Source: Octopus vulgaris (taxonomy: Eukaryota). From it: 64,000 bases of DNA. The notes beneath the pieces were generated by a model that saw nothing but the letters and a program-made list of their open reading frames with translations, was not told where the DNA came from and did no database searches. The translations under genes and the position numbers were made by a program. Location of the stretch: the NCBI GenBank assembly GCA_951406725.2, contig OX597828.1, positions 70,618,001-70,682,000 on the forward strand, read 5' to 3'. Shown piece after piece: positions 58,967 through 64,000 of this stretch (the stretch's first letter is position 1; each line of letters begins with the position of its first letter).

Positions 58967-59039
58967 TATATACACACATAGACACGTGCATATATATATA
59001 TAAATATATATAGATATATATAATGATAATAATTATTAT

Positions 59040-59401
59040 TATTATTTGAGGGAATATTATTCCTAACTTACAGGGAAAAATTCAATTTAGAAATGCTAAA
59101 TCATAAAAATTAGAAAAAAAATGAACAATTAAATTACAGCATCTAGAAAATTACATATAATGGAAATATTAAAAATAAAATAACAATAATATACCAATGA
59201 TTTAGTAAATTGAAAATTAATAATAAAAACGTAAATTGCAAAATAATAATAGAAACGTATCTGCTACGTATTATACACGTTTTTATTATTATTTTGCAAT
59301 TTACTTAATCATTGGTATATCATTGTTATTTTATTTTTAATATTTCTATTATATGTAATTTTAATTGTTCATTTTGAATTGATAAAAAGGTTTTTTTTTT
59401 C

Positions 59402-59405
<4 letters not shown>
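59040..59405. mobile_element. Fold-back element in (TA)n related to 5641 and 63486 elements
   Basis: Terminus AGGGAATTATTCCTAACTTACAGGGAAAAA; arms ~59118-59258 / 59277-59375. Confidence 0.6.
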
Positions 59406-59452
<47 letters not shown>

Positions 59453-59548
59453 ATATATATAGATAAATTAGAAATATATATATATATATGTATATACGTA
59501 TATATGTATGTATATATGTATATATATATATATGTGTATATATATATT

Positions 59549-59614
<66 letters not shown>

Positions 59615-59627
59615 CTTATAAATATAC

Positions 59628-59716
<89 letters not shown>

Positions 59717-59733
59717 TACATGATATATTTTAA

Positions 59734-59764
<31 letters not shown>

Positions 59765-59766
59765 AA

Positions 59767-59912
59767 CTGAGTTCAAATTCCGCCGAGATCGACTTTGCCT
59801 TTCATCCTTTCGGGGTCTCGATAAATTAAGTACCAGTTACGCACTGGGGTCGATGTAATCGACTTAATCCCTTTGTCTGTCCTTGTTTAGCCTCTTGTGG
59901 GTAGTAAAGAAA
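59767..59912 (+). mobile_element. SINE family B, 5'-truncated
   Basis: CTGAGTTCAAATTCCGCCGAG...GTAGTAAAGAAAT. Confidence 0.8.
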
Positions 59913-59991
59913 TAATAATTATTATTATTATTACAATTACTATTATTATTATTATTATTGTTATTGTTATTATTATGGTTATTGTTCACAC

Positions 59992-60057
<66 letters not shown>

Positions 60058-60453
60058 TCAAACCCACTGCAATGCACCGAGAGTCAGTCAAGTGAAGGCT
60101 GTGTTCCGCCCTTTTGAGGAATTTCTTCGAAACGACCCTTTTCAAAATTCCAGGCTCTCCTTCGAACAAACGCTGGAGCTAGAAATACATCGTAATTTCA
60201 GTCGGGGCTCACTTGCAATGGAGAGGGAGAGCGTTTCGTTATGACGTAAGACAAGGCAGGGGCGGGGTGGGGAAGAATTACCATGGAGACGAAAAGGGAG
60301 TGCGTTCTAGTCGAGGCTGAAGTACGATTGACGACGGTTCCCACGTCTCTCTGTCTTTCTTTCTTCTGGTAGAGGCTTTCTCAAACATTATCCACCCATA
60401 ATAGATGAAAGGGTAGCAATCTGTGACGGTACAGGCTAAATATACGTAAATGC

Positions 60454-60499
<46 letters not shown>

Positions 60500-60700
60500 G
60501 TATATATACAGATATATTTGCATATATATGTAGGTATGGAGATATATTAATGCATATACATGCGTATATATATATATATGTATGTATATATGTATGTATA
60601 TGTGTATGTATTTTATATATATATATATATATACACACATACACGCATATAGACATATGAATAATACAAATATGTTTATGAATCTGTGTGTGTGTATGTG

Positions 60701-60733
<33 letters not shown>

Positions 60734-60865
60734 GCACACATACATACATACATACATACATACATACATACATACATACATACATACATACATACATACA
60801 CAGAGGATAGCGTTTCTTTTAGGAATGTACTGAAAAGACGACTGAGTTCCAGTCTTATCTTTCCC

Positions 60866-60896
<31 letters not shown>

Positions 60897-61400
60897 GCAC
60901 TTACAACTCGAGGGCAACTGCAACGCACTCTATGACCCTGCACCAAATAAAACATTCGTAAACAAAAAAGCTGTATATTTTTACAGAATTCCACACAAAA
61001 ATAGATACGTAATAATAGAATCTATACTCATATCGTACCGCGGTACGTAGCGTAAATACCTTGCTGGTGACGTAGAAATCTAACGGTCGGGTCAAATATT
61101 TACATTTATTTTGATATTTATGGCGGTAGCAGTTACGCCCGTCACCATGCACTTGCCTGCCATATTGAGGCTAAACACACGCTAATATTCCTGCATCTTG
61201 AAGATGAGACTGTGAAAGTACAGAAATATTGTTAGCGATGGATCTGGGGAAGATGCCGTTCCAAGAAAACCGCGAGGAACTTTTTTTAGAAAAATATGGG
61301 GAAATACCTTAGTAACAAAAGATTAACCTTGAACGAAGCTGCGATTTAAATGTAACATAGGACATAGGCAAATGCACGCATGCGTGCACACACTGTCTCG

Positions 61401-61459
<59 letters not shown>

Positions 61460-61580
61460 TCACATACACGCAGGCACGCATATTATACATTGCAATAACC
61501 AGCCGATAATTAAGAATGTAGTGTGCGTGTTTATATTCATATTAGATAAACGTGTGTGTACGTGTGTGTGTGTGTGTGTA

Positions 61581-61628
<48 letters not shown>

Positions 61629-62159
61629 CCTGCGTTTACACATAAGCCTATTTACATATTTACATAGAAAATGCAAAACCTCGTAACGCATCATTGGGTT
61701 AACTCGACCGTAGATTCGGAACAATTGATATTTGCTTCGTTAAACATCGCCGGAGAGATCAAAGTTCGCAGTTCCATGAATTTGTTTAGTTTACGGGTGA
61801 CTCAGCAAATTCCTTGATTACCAACACAATCACTGCAATCACACGCGCTCACACACATAATCTATGGGGCTCCAGGTCTCTTTGACTCTTCCACACCCAG
61901 CTGTGGCCATACGGCAGCACTGTCTTACGACTGTCTTGACTGTTGCGTGTTGTTTTCTTTTTCTTTTTATCTATTGCATATAGTCAGAGAAGGGATGAAA
62001 AGTTGGCGCCTATGATTCTTTTCAAGACTTCTGTGATTGGTGAGAGAAAAAAAAGAAGCGGGTAGTTTTGTTCCACACCAAAGGATTCACTGGAATATTT
62101 TCAGTAAGTCGGTGGTTCTAGGTTCAATCTCATGGCCATTCACGACCGATAGGGATCTT

Positions 62160-63046
62160 TACCATTTTTGACCGATGAACCCCTTCAATTCATATTTTAC
62201 TCTACTGGACCTCCATAGCCATGGCTCAATGGTTAAAGCGTCAGGCTCGCAATCATGGCATAGTGAGTTCGATTCCCGTATTGGGCTCTGTGTTGTGTTC
62301 TTGAGCAAGACACTTTATTTCACGTTGCTCCAGTTCACTCAGCTCTAGAAATGAGTTGCAACCTCATTAGTGCCAAGCTGTATCGGCCTTTGCCTTTCCT
62401 TTGGATAACATCAGTGGCATGGAGAGGAGAGGCTGGCTTGCTTGGGCGACTGCCGGTCTTCCTTAAAAGAACAACCTTGCCCGGACTTGTGACTCGGAGG
62501 GTAACTTTCTAGGTGCAATCGCAGGGTCATTCACGACCGAAGTGGGGGCTTTTTTACCCTATACTGTATTTGCATAATTAAATACTATTTGGAATTGTAT
62601 AAAAAGTTGATAAAATATTTTTGTATTGAAGAAATATAAGCAATTTATTGCACATAAATTTTTTACGACAAAATTTTATAAGAATCCCCAAAGATCATAC
62701 GGGCCCCGGGTCACAACCACTGCTGTAATGAGTACCCTATGAAGGGTATCGAAGGACCAAGTTGTGGTGGGAAACCGGCCTTCTTCCCTGGTTCAGCCAA
62801 GGCTACAGACCAGCAGTTCTCAGCCAGGGTCCATATCAGGTTTCGTTCTTAAAATTTATGTACAATAAATTGCTCATACTTCTACGATACACAAAATATT
62901 TCAATATTTTTTTATATAATTCCTAAGAATATTTCATTCTAAAGATATAATAGGATTTCTAGAACATCGAACAGCTATGAACGAGTGGTCGAGTAAAATA
63001 GGAAGCGAAGGGATCCATAGGTAAAACAAATGGTTGAGAGCCAGTG
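62160..63046. mobile_element. Two hAT-type MITE copies in inverted orientation (~62160-62722 and 62811-63046)
   Basis: AACCACTG end at 62722; CAGCAGTTCTCAGCC...GGTTGAGAGCCAGTG; GCAATTTATTG.ACATAAATTTT mirrored between copies. Confidence 0.6.
62221..62560 (+). mobile_element. SINE family C inserted in a hAT-type MITE
   Basis: A-box TGGCTCAATGG, B-box GTTCGATTC; matches 222-552. Confidence 0.8.
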
Positions 63047-63280
63047 CAGTGGACCCAAGTCCTTCATTGATCCAGGGACAACATGTCAGTGTTTCCACCT
63101 ATTATTGTCTTTTACTGCATCGGAGAAAAGTTTGAAAAAGTTTGGTAAAATTGTTGAGGCCTTTTGGAAGACATCAATTAAAATGAATTTATTATTCTGC
63201 TGATTGTTGTTGTTGTTGTTGTTATTGTTGTTGTTGTTGTTCTTCTTCTTCTTCTTCTTCTTCTTCTTCTTCTTCTTCTT

Positions 63281-63315
<35 letters not shown>

Positions 63316-63445
63316 GCTACTACTACTACTACGTTCTCATATATGTGAAAATTATGATGTCTGTATGTGAGTGTACGCGCGTGAGTATGTATATGATTGT
63401 ATACGTACATACGTCCGTATACATACATACACATGTATGAATATG

Positions 63446-63483
<38 letters not shown>

Positions 63484-63485
63484 AT

Positions 63486-63856
63486 AAATATTAGGGAATA
63501 AATCCAAATTTACAGGGAAAAAATCAGATTTAGGATTAAATCCAATTTTATAGTAAAATATTATATAATATTATTAGAGACAAAACCACTATTTTGCAAA
63601 ACAAACAAGGAAAGACTTAATCAATACATAAAATTTTAATAAAAAGTCAAAAAAACCGCCACTACAATTGTTTCTTGTCCTGATCGACAATCTTCAGGTG
63701 GACTTCCAATTTTCAAGTCAGTTTCAAATTATGAAGATTGTCGATCAGGACAAGAAACAATTGTAGTGGCGGTTTTTTTGACTTTTTATTAAAATTTTAT
63801 GTATTGATTAAGTCTTTCCTTGTTTGTTTTGCAAAATAGTGGTTTTGTCTAATAAT
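63486..63856 (-). mobile_element. Penelope-like fold-back element in (TA)n
   Basis: Perfect 119-bp arms 63578-63696 / 63732-63850, containing a hammerhead. Confidence 0.8.
63659..63701 (-). ncRNA. Canonical type I hammerhead ribozyme
   Basis: CCAC CUGAAGA UUGUC GAUCAG GACAA GAAA CAAUUG UA/GUGG: all core nucleotides, 4-bp stem I, 5-bp stem II, palindromic stem III. Confidence 0.85.
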
Positions 63857-63879
63857 TTATATATATATATATATAATAC

Positions 63880-63948
<69 letters not shown>

Positions 63949-64000
63949 CCTGTGTAGGAGTGGCGCTGTCCCAACCATATAAATACTACGCCACCCATTC

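Overview
Eukaryotic, AT-rich, microsatellite-saturated non-coding DNA (intronic or intergenic). The SINE repertoire and the (TA)n/(GATA)n/(TATG)n/(ATT)n load resemble an Octopus/coleoid cephalopod genome (inference). I found no intact host protein-coding exon, and almost all ORFs in the track are simple-repeat artefacts. The real coding relics are all on the minus strand: an RTE-clade LINE, a full-length mariner pseudogene, the 3' end of an R4/Dong-like RLE retroelement in (TAA)n, and a Tx1/L1-like fragment. The window also holds at least three tRNA-derived SINE families, MITEs, hAT-type ends and a non-autonomous Helitron. The most notable signal is a set of short non-coding elements inserted in (TA)n tracts. 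They carry type I hammerhead-ribozyme motifs (at least 7 loci, about 4 architectures, palindromic stem III) and/or long fold-back arms, as in Penelope-like/retrozyme elements, and every motif that looks intact lies on the minus strand. A strand-biased ACTAAY cluster and a dense promoter-like motif cluster near 4.4-4.7 kb hint at a plus-strand host transcript. All coordinates and counts were read by eye and may be off by a few bases.
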